From positions 57,921,375-57,985,374 of the forward strand of contig NC_057718.1 of assembly GCF_004010195.1 (NCBI RefSeq): DNA of 64,000 nucleotides, read 5' to 3'. How positions within the stretch are numbered: the stretch's first letter is position 1; every line of letters begins with the position of its first letter. The DNA is from Chiloscyllium plagiosum. Its lineage: Eukaryota. The notes under the pieces were generated by a model. The model searched no databases. It had not been told where the DNA came from and saw only the letters and a program-made list of their open reading frames with translations. Made by a program: the position numbers and the translations under genes. Below are positions 62,833-64,000 of the stretch, piece by piece.

Positions 62833-64000
62833 ATGGAGACGACTATAGCCAGCCTCAACATCAACGGCAGCAGGGAGTCGCAGCGCAGATTCCAGACCCT
62901 CTCGGTCCTTCGGGACGGGAGGTATGCGGTGTGCTTCCTGCAAGACACCCACACTACCCCGGGAGATGAAGCCACCTGGCTCCTGGAGTGGCGATGGGGG
63001 GGGTCGACATGAGTCACCTCACCCGCAGATCTGGCGGGGTGGCTATCCTGTTGGCCCCGCATTTTCAGCCGGAGATCTTGGGGGTCAGGGAGCCTGTGCC
63101 AGGCCGTTTGCTTCACCTGACGGTTCGGCTGGGGGCCGCGGTGCTTCACTTGGTGAACGTCTACGCTCCCCTGGCCGGGCCGAGGCAAACGAGCTTCTTC
63201 AGAGAAGTGTCCGCTCATCTCGCTTCCATCGACGAGAACCAGTGCGTCGTCCTCGGGGGAGATTTTAACTGCGTCCTCGAGGGCAGGGACCACGGCGGTG
63301 CCCGCAATGGCTGGGCGTCGGGGAAGAGGTTGGGGGACTTGGTCAAGTCCTTCGACCTGGTGGACATCTGGCGGAATCTCCATTCCGACTCCATCGCCTT
63401 CACCTTCATGAGGGCTGGGGTCGGAGCATCCAGAATCGACCGCCTGTACGTTTCGCGGGCATACGCCTTCTGTTTTCCGAAGGCCTCCACGCGGCAGGTG
63501 TCGTGCACGGACCACCACCTGGTGTGGGCGGAACTCCTTCCTTTCGGCGCCAGGCTCGGCTCCGCGTACTGGCACTTTAACAACCTGCTGCTGGAGGACG
63601 AGCGGTTCCGGGACTCGTTCCGTCATTTCTGGGCCGGCTGGAGAAGGAAGCGGGGAAGCTTCCCCTCCCTGAGGCTTTGGTGGGACATGGGCAAGGCTCA
63701 CGTCCGCGTCTTCTGTCATGTGTACGCGAGGGGGTCGATGAAGAGGCGGATATCCAGGATCGGGGAGTTGGAGAGGGAGTTGCTCGACCTGGAGTCACGC
63801 CTCGGTCAGCCTGACGCGGACCCGGCCCTGCGCGGGGCGTACGAAGAGAAGGCCGTGCTCCGGGACCTGCAGCTCGTCGGGGCGCGTACGTGAGGTCGCG
63901 GATCCAACTCCTCCTGGAGGCGGCTCCCCCTTCTACTTGCTGGAAAAAAGGCGTGGCACCCGTCAGCAGCTCCTTGTGCTGCTGGCCGACGGCGGGTCCC
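62833..64000 (+). pseudogene. Tx1 ORF2 APE endonuclease, frameshifted
   Basis: 'IASLNING', 'FLQDTH', 'GGVAIL', 'NVYAP', 'GGDFN', 'SRIDRLY', 'TDHH', 'YWHFNNLLL'; frameshift at about 63000, stop at 63891. Confidence 0.92.

Larger units (their letters stand above)
60111..64000 (+). mobile_element. Tx1-like (L1 clade) retrotransposon, 5' half; runs off the window
   Basis: Repetitive 5' UTR, ORF1, and ORF2 endonuclease; GC- and CpG-rich. Confidence 0.92.

Noticed and set aside
60068..63798. Many overlapping long ORFs on both strands and CpG-island character
   Set aside because: Explained by the high GC content of the Tx1 element; no host promoter or gene is evident.

Overview
Repeat-dominated vertebrate genomic DNA, almost certainly from an elasmobranch (shark), inferred from eight HE1-type V-SINEs and HER1-like CR1 LINEs. 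No intact host protein-coding gene is recognisable, only a few exon-like segments. The window is a nested stack of mostly decayed transposons: a full-length L1 with TSD (5030-10650, -); RTE and CR1 LINE remnants; two long CR1 copies with SGNH-esterase ORF1; two Gmr1-type Gypsy LTR elements (integrase upstream of RT) lying tail-to-tail 8 bp apart; a pogo/Tigger-like MITE; a Harbinger transposase relic; and a CpG-rich head-to-tail cluster of Tx1-like L1-clade elements at the right end. The most notable structures are short palindromic, TSD-flanked Penelope-derived insertions from two families, each carrying a minimal type I hammerhead ribozyme motif. In one family the ribozyme overlaps the stop codon of a GIY-YIG ORF. 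An assembly gap (14434-14944) lies inside one such insertion. All calls and counts were made by eye; boundaries of old repeats are approximate.
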